Below are positions 10,318 to 19,499 of a stretch of DNA of 64,000 nt, piece after piece. Under the pieces are notes generated by a model that worked only from the letters and a program-made list of their open reading frames with translations, made no database searches and was not told the DNA's origin. This DNA is from Verrucomicrobiota bacterium (GTDB taxonomy: Bacteria > Verrucomicrobiota > Verrucomicrobiia > CAIQCK01). The position numbers and the translations under genes were made by a program. The stretch is from NCBI GenBank assembly GCA_026397915.1, contig JAPLTX010000044.1, forward strand, positions 22,779 to 86,778, written 5' to 3'. Each line of letters starts with the position of its first letter. Position 1 is the first letter of the stretch.

Positions 10318-11289
10318 ATGAACAACGCAACAAACAATGCCATCGCTGGCGCGGCGGTCGTCGCAGCGCCGGGTCAGCCAGTCCAGCCCGCGCCTTACAA
10401 GAAGGTGGACCTCAAGAGCGATCGGCCGACGTGGTGTCCCGGATGCGGTGACTTCACGCTGTTGGACCTCTATTTCCGGCTCTGCGAGCGGCGACAGATT
10501 CCGCGGGAGAAGATTACCACCGTTTCCGGCATCGGCTGCTCAAGCCGCTTCCCTTACTTTGTGCAAGCGCACGGTGTGCATTTCATCCACGGCCGGGCGG
10601 TGGCCTTGGCCAGCGGGCTGTCGCTGAGCCGTCCGGACCTGCACGTGTTCGTGTTCAGCGGCGACGGCGACGCTTTCTCCATTGGTGGCAACCATCTCGA
10701 ACATGCCGCGCGCAAGAACATTCACATGACGTTGGTGGTCATGGACAACTATGTTTACGGTCTGACGAAGAAGCAGACCTCGCCCACGTCGCCGATCGGT
10801 TTCAAGAGCAAGACCGATCCGACCGGTGCGGTTGATCCGCCGACAAACCCGATGAAGAAGCTCATTGCCGCCGGCGCGACGTTTGTCGCGCGCACCAGCC
10901 ACACCAATCCGCAGCATGCGTTGCAGATGATGGAGCGGGCGATGGATCACAACGGTTTTTCATTCATCGAGTGTCTGAGTGAATGCGTTGAGTTTTACCC
11001 TGGTGCGTTCGACGCGGCCAATCCTCGCAAGGGCGGGCAATTTACGATCATCGAAGAGAAGAAGAACGATGGCACACCGGAGGATCAGAAGCGGCATGAC
11101 CCAAGCGATGAAGCGGCCGCCTACAAGTTGGCGACGTTGCCTTTTCCAGGTGTTTTTGGCGTCTTTTATCAAGCCAAACAGCCGTCGAAGAATGACCGGG
11201 AACAGCAACTGATAGACACTGCTCGAGCCGCAGCCGGCAACGCGGGGCCACTTGCCAGCTTACAGAAGACGTTCGCCCGACTGAAATAG
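10318..11289 (+). CDS. 2-oxoacid:ferredoxin oxidoreductase beta subunit
   Basis: TWCPGCGD, SGIGCSSR, GDGD, YGLTKKQTSPT. Confidence 0.93.
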   Translation: MNNATNNAIAGAAVVAAPGQPVQPAPYKKVDLKSDRPTWCPGCGDFTLLDLYFRLCERRQIPREKITTVSGIGCSSRFPYFVQAHGVHFIHGRAVALASGLSLSRPDLHVFVFSGDGDAFSIGGNHLEHAARKNIHMTLVVMDNYVYGLTKKQTSPTSPIGFKSKTDPTGAVDPPTNPMKKLIAAGATFVARTSHTNPQHALQMMERAMDHNGFSFIECLSECVEFYPGAFDAANPRKGGQFTIIEEKKNDGTPEDQKRHDPSDEAAAYKLATLPFPGVFGVFYQAKQPSKNDREQQLIDTARAAAGNAGPLASLQKTFARLK

Positions 11290-11395
11290 AGTTGCGCGCC
11301 GGAATAAGATAAGGGCAGGGCACGGCAATATGTTTCAGCGGTATCGGCGACGGGGAAGGTTGGGGGACGCGCTCCGATCGAAAGTCGTTGAATGC

Positions 11396-11424
11396 TTGAC
11401 GGTTGCAGGGGAGACCGGTATTGT
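11396..11424 (+). promoter_or_regulatory. Putative sigma70 promoter TTGACG-N17-TATTGT
   Basis: Near-consensus hexamers with 17-bp spacer upstream of the first TIGR04073-like gene. Confidence 0.45.
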
Positions 11425-11469
11425 TTGCGTCAGCTTCTAATGAGGAAGCTGCGTTCTTGGAGGTCAACT

Positions 11470-11847
11470 ATGAAGCCAGCGAAAACATTGGGTTGGAGCA
11501 TCGCGTGCGGTGTTGCATTCCTGACAATGGTCATGGCCACTCCGTCGCAAGCTTACGACATGGGCGACAAGGCATGTCGTGGCGCGGCAGCAATGGTCTT
11601 CTTCCTTCTGGAGTTGCCCGGCAACATGGTGGACGTCAGCAACAAAGAGGGCGTTTTGATGGGCCTGACCAAAGGTTTTGCCAAAGGCTTTGTCATGATG
11701 CCGTTTCGAGGATTGGTTGGAGTTTACGAGTTATTCACATTCCCGTTTGACATCCAGCCGGGATACGAGCCGGTGATTGATCCGGAATACCCTTGGGGTT
11801 ATTTTTGCGGCGAGGACAAAGCCCCGGCGTCTGGCACAAAGAAATAG
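11470..11847 (+). CDS. TIGR04073-like (exosortase-system-associated) protein, copy 1
   Basis: Signal peptide; KxxRG...ELP...G..KG...R...GxYExxTFP...PEYPWGYF; SD GGAGG. Confidence 0.72.
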   Translation: MKPAKTLGWSIACGVAFLTMVMATPSQAYDMGDKACRGAAAMVFFLLELPGNMVDVSNKEGVLMGLTKGFAKGFVMMPFRGLVGVYELFTFPFDIQPGYEPVIDPEYPWGYFCGEDKAPASGTKK

Positions 11848-11940
11848 TCCGGTTTGCGACGACTTGACGCAGAGAGCTTGACTTGTGAGCGTGTTTGACT
11901 AGGCTTTTGCAGTTATCTTACAGACGGAGGAAACAAAAAC

Positions 11941-12327
11941 ATGAAACTGAAGAGTGTTGGATTCGCGGTGGTTCTGGGACTTGGCGTGATGGCGGCAAGC
12001 TTGCCGAGCACCGCTCAAGCACAAGATGCTGCCACCAAGTTTGGACGCGGCATCGCCGGATGCGCCATGGGCTGGCTGGAACTGCCTGGCAACATTTATG
12101 AGGAAGGCACCAAGAACGGATGGGTCATGGGTGCTACGGTCGGATTTGGCAAGGGCATCGGCATGGTCGTCGTTCGCACGCTGGTTGGCGTGTGGGATTT
12201 GGTGACGTTCCCGATCCCGGCGCCGGACGAGTATAACTCGATTCTCAAGCCCGACTATCCTTGGGGTTACTTCACCGGCGAAGGCGAGGTCACGGTTCCT
12301 GCCACAACCGCCGCGCCTGTGCGTTAG
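11941..12327 (+). CDS. TIGR04073-like protein, copy 2
   Basis: KFGRG...GWLELP...GFGKG...RTLVGVWDLVTFP...PDYPWGYF. Confidence 0.75.
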   Translation: MKLKSVGFAVVLGLGVMAASLPSTAQAQDAATKFGRGIAGCAMGWLELPGNIYEEGTKNGWVMGATVGFGKGIGMVVVRTLVGVWDLVTFPIPAPDEYNSILKPDYPWGYFTGEGEVTVPATTAAPVR

Positions 12328-12371
12328 TCTCAGACAACAAAAACGAACCCAAATATATTCAACGGAATGCC

Positions 12372-12785
12372 ATGAAAAAGATGTCTCTGACCCTCAAAGT
12401 GCTGGCGCTGGCTGGAGCTATCAGCTTCGGCGCGGCCAGTCTCTTCGCGGCTGATGCCCCTCCGACTGTTGACAACCAAACCGCAGGCGCAAAGTTCACC
12501 CGCGGCATCGTCGGCCTTGTGTTTGGCTGGCTGGAGTTGCCAAACCAGATGTATCAGTCCGCGGTGAACGACGGCCCCGGCATGGCGGTTACTGTGGGGT
12601 TTGCCAAAGGTCTCGGGATGACCTGTGCCCGATACCTCTGCAGCACCTATGAGTTCCTGACCTTCCCGTTCCCCATCAACGACTTCAAGCCGGTGATGGA
12701 TCAGGAGTATCCGTGGGGTTATCTGGCGGCCGAGGGCAACGTCACTGTGCCGGCAGCCACGTCCGCTTCACAGCCGGTGCGTTGA
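12372..12785 (+). CDS. TIGR04073-like protein, copy 3
   Basis: KFTRG...GWLELP...GFAKG...YEFLTFP...QEYPWGYL. Confidence 0.75.
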   Translation: MKKMSLTLKVLALAGAISFGAASLFAADAPPTVDNQTAGAKFTRGIVGLVFGWLELPNQMYQSAVNDGPGMAVTVGFAKGLGMTCARYLCSTYEFLTFPFPINDFKPVMDQEYPWGYLAAEGNVTVPAATSASQPVR

Positions 12786-12812
12786 CCGGCAAGATACTGA
12801 AAGATTGTTCGA

Positions 12813-12850
12813 GCAAGAGGCGACTCGCAAGAGTCGCCTCTTGCGTTTTT
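12813..12850 (+). terminator. Rho-independent terminator
   Basis: 14-bp perfect stem GCAAGAGGCGACTC / GAGTCGCCTCTTGC, GCAA loop, then GTTTTT; between convergent genes. Confidence 0.85.
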
Positions 12851-12866
12851 GCTCAAATGGAATCGC

Positions 12867-13796
12867 TTACGATTCCAGACTCGCGAGATACCTCTCACAA
12901 TCAATCGCCGCCGCACAACCCGACCCCGCCGCGGTGATTGCCTGCCGGTAGGTGCGGTCCACGCAGTCGCCCGCGCCGAAGACGCCTGGCACATTGGTCG
13001 CTGTGCCTTGCTGACAGATGAGATAGCCGTCCGGGTCCATTTTCAACTGGCCGCCGAACAAGCGCGTGTTGGGCGCGTGACCGATCGCGATGAAAACGCC
13101 GGCGCACTCCAGCGTGCGCGCCTGACCGGTTTTCACGTCTTTCAACGCCACGCCCGTGACGCGTTCCTGCTTCACGTCGAGCACGTTTGTGACCACTGAA
13201 TTCCACACAAACTCGATCTTCGGATTCTTGAGTGCCCGTTCTTGCATGATCTTTGAACCGCGCAGCGCGTCACGGCGATGGATCACATACACACGCGAGC
13301 CGAATCGGGTCAGATAACTCGCCTCCTCCAACGCCGAATCGCCGCCCCCAACGACCACCAGCGGCTTGTTTCGGAACATCGGCAGCGCCCCGTCGCACGT
13401 CGCGCAATAGGTTACACCTTTCCTCTCCAGCACCCGCTCGCTTTCCAACCCCAGGTGCCGGTGACTCGCGCCGGTGGCGACGATGATTGCTTTCGTTTCG
13501 ATGATGCCGTCGCCCCCCGTCACGCGGAACGGCCGCTGCGACAACTCCACCTTTTCCACCGTGTCATAAGTAATGCGCGCACCGAACTTCTCGGCTTGTT
13601 TCTGCATTCGCATCACGAACTCCGTCCCGTCAATGCCGTCGGGGAAGCCCGGAAAATTTTCGACGATGCTCGTGGTGGTCAATAGTCCGCCCGGCGCGGC
13701 GCCTGCCAGCACGAGCGGCGACAAATTCGCCCGTGCTGTGTAAAGAGCTGCTGTCAGTCCTGCGCAACCGGTTCCGATAATCAAAACATTTTCCAT
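12867..13796 (-). CDS. trxB: Thioredoxin reductase
   Basis: IIGTGCAG, CATCDG redox motif, VVGGGDSA, GVFGAGD...YRQAITAAG. Confidence 0.95.
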   Translation of the reverse strand: MENVLIIGTGCAGLTAALYTARANLSPLVLAGAAPGGLLTTTSIVENFPGFPDGIDGTEFVMRMQKQAEKFGARITYDTVEKVELSQRPFRVTGGDGIIETKAIIVATGASHRHLGLESERVLERKGVTYCATCDGALPMFRNKPLVVVGGGDSALEEASYLTRFGSRVYVIHRRDALRGSKIMQERALKNPKIEFVWNSVVTNVLDVKQERVTGVALKDVKTGQARTLECAGVFIAIGHAPNTRLFGGQLKMDPDGYLICQQGTATNVPGVFGAGDCVDRTYRQAITAAGSGCAAAIDCERYLASLES

Positions 13797-13913
13797 GTAT
13801 CGTTCTCCGCAAATTTGCTCAACGAGTTTGCTTCACCCTATTCGTCGGGGCGCATCATTGCAACGCCGGACTCGGTGCTTGCCTACTGCCGCCAAGGCCT
13901 TTAGTTTTCCGGC

Positions 13914-16451
13914 ATGAAGCGCCCGCTGGTGGGCATTGCTGCAGTGTTTTGTGTTGGCATCACGCTCGGCGAGTGGGTTCCACTGCCTCTCGCCGCTTCG
14001 TGGATTCTGTTCTCAATCGCCGTCGTCGGGTCGGCGCTTTTCCTTCATCGCCAAATGGGTCTCGTCGTGTTTTACACGATGGTTCTGTTCGGCGGGTTGC
14101 TTGCGCACCGACTGGCGAACACTTATCCGCAGCCCAACCACCTGCTGCGTTTGCTCGGTGACCGTCCGCAGAATGTTGTTGTGCGCGCGACGATCATGGC
14201 GGAACCGGTGCGCAAGGTCTGTCAGCGCACTCGTGGCCAGCAGGAACGGGACTTCTTCTCTATCCGCGTCAGCGCGCTCGACCGCGGCAATGGCTGGGAG
14301 ATGGCGACGGGTGATGCCGTTGTTTGGCTTGACCAGCCGCCCGGGGACGATCAACTGCGCTACGGCGACCGGATCGAGCTTCGCGGGCTGCTCCAACGGC
14401 CCGCAGCATCGGCGAATCCGGGACTTTTCGACTACCGCGCTTATCTCGCGCGGCGTGGAGTGTTCTACGAGGCGCGCATTCACAGTGCTGCCGCTGTCAG
14501 CGTGCTCGGCCACGAGGCTTCTTGGTGGATGGAGTGCGGCATGTGGATGCAACGTCGTTTTCTCGCCAGCACGGCGCGCGGTCTGGAAACAAGCAAGGTT
14601 GGTGACGAGCCGGTTATCGTCGGCCTGCTGCGTGCGATGCTCGTTGGTTTTCGCCCCGGGCTTACCGCCGAACTTTCGGAACCGTTCATGCGCACTGGCA
14701 CGCTGCACGTCTTTGCCGTCAGCGGTTTGCACGTTGCGGTGATCGCTGGCATTCTCGTCGGTTTGCTGCGCTTTTGCCGCGTCGGCCGTCTCGGCTGCGC
14801 GCTGATCGCTTTGCCGTTGCTGTTGTTCTACACCATCGCAACAGGCGCGCCAGCGTCCGCCGTGCGGTCGTTCTTGATGGCGGCAGTTGTGATCATCGGT
14901 TGGAGCTTGCCGCGTCCCACCGACCTGCTGAACAGCCTTGCCGCGTCGGCCGTCATCATCCTGATTTGCGACCCGATGCAGATGTTCGAGGCCGGGTTCC
15001 AGCTTTCCTATGCGGCCGTCCTCGCTCTCGTCCTCCTCGTTCCCGGTCCTGGATTTCTTATCCGGACGCTTTACCGCCACGCCGATAACAATCCATTGTC
15101 CGCCACAGCGATGTCGCACTTTCCTGGCCGTATTGCCGATCTTTTCGTCTGTGATCCGTATTTGCCAAGGACCCTGCTGCCGCGTTGGCGAAAGACTTGG
15201 TATGGCGTCGTTCGAATCGTGAGTGCTTCCTTTGCCGTCTCCGTTGCGGCCTGTATTGGGACGATGCCATTGATTGCGCATTACTTTCACCTGTTCACGG
15301 CAGTCAACTTCCTCTCCAACCTTGTTATTGTGCCATTGAGCACACTGACCATCACCATCGGCTTTGCCTCGTTTCTGTTGGACCTTCTCTGGCAGCCGCT
15401 TGCGGCGGTGCTCAACAACGCCAACTACTTCTTGATGGAACTGATGCTCGGCGTGAGCCATTGGTTTGAGCGTCTGCCACTGGCGTTCGTCTATGTCAAG
15501 ACACCCCCGCTCTGGTTGTCAGCGGCGTTTTACGGCGCACTGGGGTTGTTTCTCTGGGCCGGTGTCAGGAAGCTCGCACACAGGTTTGCAGGGTTCGGCG
15601 CGGCGGCGCTCTGTGCGCTGGCGATCGGTCTGGCCGCCCGCAACGGTGAGCCGACTGTCACGCTGACGGTTCTTAGTGTCGGCGATGGCGCGTCGGCGTT
15701 GTTGGATTTGCCCGGCGAGAAACATGACACTCTCATTGATTGCGGCCCGGCGAAGTCTGCCAACTTCATGCTCAAGCCGTTTCTTCGCGCGCAGGGTTGC
15801 GATTCGATCGAGACGCTCATCCTGACGCATGCCGACGCGAACCACGCCGGGGCGGTCGGCGCGGTGCTTGACGGGTTTCGACCAAGAAGGATCTTTGACA
15901 ACGGCCAAAGCCGCTGGACGCGCGTTGCGGGTGGGCCGCTACCGGGTTTTCGGGCGTCGCGGCTCATCGAACCCGCGACGCTGCCGTTGGGCGAAGACGC
16001 CGAGTTGCGCGTGCTGTATCCGCGCGCCGGGCCGCTGCCTGTGCTGAGCGACAACGCGGCGTTGGTAATGCAGTTGCGCTGCGGCCTGCACCGCGTGTTA
16101 CTGGCGTCGGATATCGGCGCAACGGTTGAGGACGAACTGTTGGCGGCAAAGGTGGACTTGCGTAGCGACGTTCTGATCAAGGGCTTGCATAACCGCGAGG
16201 ACTCCTGCACGGACGGGTTTTTGGACGCCGTGGCACCGCAATGGGTCATCATCAGTTGCGGCGACTCCGCCTCGCGCTCATCGGTGTTGCTGCCAATGCT
16301 TGAGCGGATCGCGACTCACGGCGCGCGGGTTCTGCGCACGGATTTGCGTGGCGCTGTCGCGGTCAGGATGTCGCCGGACGACTTGGAGGTGAAAAGCTTT
16401 TTGTCTGCTCCCGCTTCTATGCTAAGCTCCGCTCAACGTGAAACGCCATGA
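13914..16451 (+). CDS. comEC: ComEC/Rec2 competence protein
   Basis: DUF4131-like N-terminus (NPGLFDY), HVFAVSGLHV, GFQLSY, many TM segments, C-terminal metallo-beta-lactamase-like domain with RTD. Confidence 0.9.
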   Translation: MKRPLVGIAAVFCVGITLGEWVPLPLAASWILFSIAVVGSALFLHRQMGLVVFYTMVLFGGLLAHRLANTYPQPNHLLRLLGDRPQNVVVRATIMAEPVRKVCQRTRGQQERDFFSIRVSALDRGNGWEMATGDAVVWLDQPPGDDQLRYGDRIELRGLLQRPAASANPGLFDYRAYLARRGVFYEARIHSAAAVSVLGHEASWWMECGMWMQRRFLASTARGLETSKVGDEPVIVGLLRAMLVGFRPGLTAELSEPFMRTGTLHVFAVSGLHVAVIAGILVGLLRFCRVGRLGCALIALPLLLFYTIATGAPASAVRSFLMAAVVIIGWSLPRPTDLLNSLAASAVIILICDPMQMFEAGFQLSYAAVLALVLLVPGPGFLIRTLYRHADNNPLSATAMSHFPGRIADLFVCDPYLPRTLLPRWRKTWYGVVRIVSASFAVSVAACIGTMPLIAHYFHLFTAVNFLSNLVIVPLSTLTITIGFASFLLDLLWQPLAAVLNNANYFLMELMLGVSHWFERLPLAFVYVKTPPLWLSAAFYGALGLFLWAGVRKLAHRFAGFGAAALCALAIGLAARNGEPTVTLTVLSVGDGASALLDLPGEKHDTLIDCGPAKSANFMLKPFLRAQGCDSIETLILTHADANHAGAVGAVLDGFRPRRIFDNGQSRWTRVAGGPLPGFRASRLIEPATLPLGEDAELRVLYPRAGPLPVLSDNAALVMQLRCGLHRVLLASDIGATVEDELLAAKVDLRSDVLIKGLHNREDSCTDGFLDAVAPQWVIISCGDSASRSSVLLPMLERIATHGARVLRTDLRGAVAVRMSPDDLEVKSFLSAPASMLSSAQRETP

Positions 16452-16514
16452 GGCGGCTTTAGTTCCGACCGCGCAGTGAACGTTCTACATGGCGGAACGT
16501 GTCCAAGACTTCGC

Positions 16515-17102
16515 ATGTCTGTCGATCCCGATACAGAATTGATGTTGAAGGTCCGCCGCGGCAACCGCGCCGCGTTCGAGGCGCTTGTGGTCAAATACCA
16601 GCGGGCGGTGATCAACACGATCTATCGCAGCGTTGGCGATCCGACGGAGGCGGAGGACCTTGCCCAGAATGTGTTCGTGCAAGTGTGGAAGTCTCGCGAC
16701 CGTTACAAGCCAACGGCGAAATTCTCCACTTGGCTCTTCACCATCGTGCGTAACATGTGTCTGAACGAGGTGCGCCGCCGCGCGCGGCATCCCGCCGACT
16801 CGCTCGACAAGCCGATCGTAGATGGCGCTGAGGGCGGTGAGTCGGTATGGCAGGTTCCCGACCAGCGGGCGAAACCGCCGAGCGAGGAGGCGTTGGCTGC
16901 CGAGCTTCGGAAGCAGGTGGACACCGCGCTGGCGGCTTTGCCGGAAACGCAGCGCACCGCGATGCTGCTGTTGCGTCATCAGAACATGCCCTACGAGGAG
17001 ATCGCCAAAGTGATGCGCTGCTCGCTGTCGGCCACGAAATCCGTCATCCATCGAGCGCGAGCGATACTGCGCGACCAACTCAAACCGTATCTGCGTCCAT
17101 GA
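16515..17102 (+). CDS. ECF sigma factor
   Basis: Region 2 AEDLAQNVF...FSTWLFTI; region 4 YEEIAKVMRCSLSATKS. Confidence 0.92.
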   Translation: MSVDPDTELMLKVRRGNRAAFEALVVKYQRAVINTIYRSVGDPTEAEDLAQNVFVQVWKSRDRYKPTAKFSTWLFTIVRNMCLNEVRRRARHPADSLDKPIVDGAEGGESVWQVPDQRAKPPSEEALAAELRKQVDTALAALPETQRTAMLLLRHQNMPYEEIAKVMRCSLSATKSVIHRARAILRDQLKPYLRP

Positions 17103-17159
17103 AATATTTTTAGCAACCTTCAAACAATCGAGGTGTTAGAAATGGTGAGGTTTTCGAGA

Positions 17160-17663
17160 ATGAACTGCATACAATGCCAAGCTGAATTTGACCGGTTGCT
17201 GGACGGGCGGTTGGACTCCCAGACGGAGACGCTGCTGCGCAAACATCTGGAGGACTGCCCCGACTGCGGCGCTGCGTGGCGCGATTACGAGGGTGCGTGG
17301 GCTGCGTTTGTGTCCGTTACGGAGATCGAACCGTCCTCGAATTTCGTCGCTCGCGTCATGGGCCAACTCGACCGCGTGGAACGCGAGACGCCCGCCCACC
17401 CATGGTTCTTCCCCTTGCCGTGGCGTTGGGTCGCGCCTGCGACGGCGGCCGTGATGCTTTTCGCGGCGAGCATCGGCGTTTGGATGAACGTTCAGCACGA
17501 TGCCGATCAGGCCGTCAACCAGGAGTTGGCGGTCAATCTACCCGTGGTGCAACATCTGGATTTGCTGAGAGACTTCGACATCATTGCGAATCTCGACCGG
17601 ATCGCGCCGTTTTCGGACCACGACCCGATCGAAGAGATGCTGAAAGCGCTTTGGAATAGCTGA
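17160..17663 (+). CDS. Zinc-binding (zf-HC2) transmembrane anti-sigma factor
   Basis: HLEDCPDC (HxxxCxxC), one TM segment; directly after ECF gene. Confidence 0.85.
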   Translation: MNCIQCQAEFDRLLDGRLDSQTETLLRKHLEDCPDCGAAWRDYEGAWAAFVSVTEIEPSSNFVARVMGQLDRVERETPAHPWFFPLPWRWVAPATAAVMLFAASIGVWMNVQHDADQAVNQELAVNLPVVQHLDLLRDFDIIANLDRIAPFSDHDPIEEMLKALWNS

Positions 17664-18166
17664 TGAGTTCAAGAAGTCTCATCTTCGCTCTGACTCTGGG
17701 ATGCCTTGTTTGTTTCTGGTCGGGCTGGGCGGGCGCGGAACCGGTTTCAACGAACACTTCGGGCAGTGTGTCGTTGCCGCAACACCTCCCGCAGCGCCTG
17801 CGTGAAAAGATGGCGAAGATGCCGCCAGCCGAGCAGCAAAAATTGCTGGAGCGATGGCAGCAGCTTCGCAAGCTGTCGCCGGAAGCGCGCAAGTTGCTGA
17901 ACCGAAACTATCAGAAGTTCAGCCAGATGCCGCCGGACGAGCGCGAGCAGTTGAAGCATAGGCTGCAGCAGTGGCAGAACATGTCGCCCGAAGAGAAACA
18001 ACGGATTCAGGAGAATCTTCAACGCTGGAAGCAGTTGAGTCCGCAGGAGCGCGAGGAATTGCGCAAGCGCCACGGTTGTCCTCCACATGCCCGCGGGGAC
18101 GCCCCGTCCGGCGGTTCTCTCAGTCCAGCCGCGAAAGCTGTGCCTGCGGCCGCGCAGTCACCTTAG
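17663..18166 (+). CDS. DUF3106-like periplasmic protein
   Basis: Signal peptide, repeated W/FxxLSPEERxxL units; TGATG coupling with the anti-sigma gene. Confidence 0.75.
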   Translation: MSSRSLIFALTLGCLVCFWSGWAGAEPVSTNTSGSVSLPQHLPQRLREKMAKMPPAEQQKLLERWQQLRKLSPEARKLLNRNYQKFSQMPPDEREQLKHRLQQWQNMSPEEKQRIQENLQRWKQLSPQEREELRKRHGCPPHARGDAPSGGSLSPAAKAVPAAAQSP

Positions 18167-18190
18167 TTGGGCGCGCTCGCGTTGCGGGCA

Positions 18191-19474
18191 TCAATGCGCG
18201 GCGCGGATCAACCTTGCGGCAAACGAGCCGTCCAGTCCATCGCGCGGCGGAAAAGTCTCAGCGCAGCGGTCGAGCGTGAATTCCGCACTGGACTTCAAGA
18301 ACGCCTCCACAACGCCGCGGTTCTCTTCTGGTTCGAGGCTGCACGTGCTATAGACCAGCACGCCCCCGTGTTTGACCCGCCGCGCCGCCGTTTGCAGCAG
18401 CTTCAACTGCTCTGCGGCCAGGCGGGCGATGTCATCGGGGCGTAGGCGCCAGCGCGCGTCTACGCGGCGGCGCAACACGCCGGTGTTGGAGCAGGGCACA
18501 TCCACCAACACGCGATCAAACCATGTCTCGCTTGAATCGGCTGGGCGCGTTTGCCGAACGGTGACGCAAACAACGCCCAGGCGCGAACAATTCACCACCA
18601 CTTGTTTCAGGCGGTCCGCGGACGAGTCTTCGGCGACGATCTCGCCCCGATCCTGCATCAGTTGCGCCAGACAGGTTGTTTTGCCGCCCGGCGCGGCGCA
18701 GGCGTCCAACACGCGCTCGCCCGGTTGCGCGCCCAGCAACTCCACGGCGAGCAGCGTGCTTGGATCTTGAATGTAAAACTCCCCTTCGGCGAACCCCGGA
18801 AGCCGTTCTGCCGAATCGGCAGCGCGAACCTCGATCATTGGCAGCGCGCGGGACGCAATGCCCGCGAGTTCGGCTCCGACGCCTGCCACGCGCCATTTTG
18901 CCAGCAACGCGTCGGCGGTGGTTCGCAGCGTGTTCACGCGGGCGAAGATCTTCGGCGGACGGTTGTTCCAGTCGAGCAGCGCGCGCGTGTCCGCTTCGCC
19001 GTAACGTGCCAGCCATCGGGTGACCAGCCAATCCGGATGCGAACATCGAACGGCCAGCGGCTGGCGTTGGAGCGCTGCCGCCAGTGCCGGGCGGTCCCGT
19101 TGCGCGTTTCGCAAAAGTCCGTTCAGGAACCCGCCCAGACGTCCTGAGGACGCGCGCTTTGCCAATTCCACCGTTGAGTTTACCGCAGCGTGCGCCGGCA
19201 CGCGGTCGAGGAAGAACAGTTGATACAAACCGAGCCGCGCCAGCGCGGCAATATCCGGCTGCGGCTTGCGTTCCGCCTTCTGGGCTATCAGCCAGTCGAG
19301 TGCGTCTCGTTGGCGCAAGCAGCCGTAAAACAGCTCGGTTACCAGCGCACGGTCACGCGCGGGCAACGCCGACCCTTGCAGCGCAACGTGAAGCAGGTCG
19401 TCGGCCGCGCGATCGCCTCGCTCCCACTTGCACAACAGATCGAACACAATTTCTCTTGGATTGGTTGAAGTCAC
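18191..19474 (-). CDS. rsmB: 16S rRNA m5C967 methyltransferase RsmB
   Basis: NusB-like N-terminus, SHPDWL, IQD, DACAAPGGKT, DVPCSNTG, YSTCS; start GTG 19474 or ATG 19501. Confidence 0.92.
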   Translation of the reverse strand: MTSTNPREIVFDLLCKWERGDRAADDLLHVALQGSALPARDRALVTELFYGCLRQRDALDWLIAQKAERKPQPDIAALARLGLYQLFFLDRVPAHAAVNSTVELAKRASSGRLGGFLNGLLRNAQRDRPALAAALQRQPLAVRCSHPDWLVTRWLARYGEADTRALLDWNNRPPKIFARVNTLRTTADALLAKWRVAGVGAELAGIASRALPMIEVRAADSAERLPGFAEGEFYIQDPSTLLAVELLGAQPGERVLDACAAPGGKTTCLAQLMQDRGEIVAEDSSADRLKQVVVNCSRLGVVCVTVRQTRPADSSETWFDRVLVDVPCSNTGVLRRRVDARWRLRPDDIARLAAEQLKLLQTAARRVKHGGVLVYSTCSLEPEENRGVVEAFLKSSAEFTLDRCAETFPPRDGLDGSFAARLIRAAH

Positions 19475-19499
19475 GCGATAACTTCTACCACTTTTCAAC

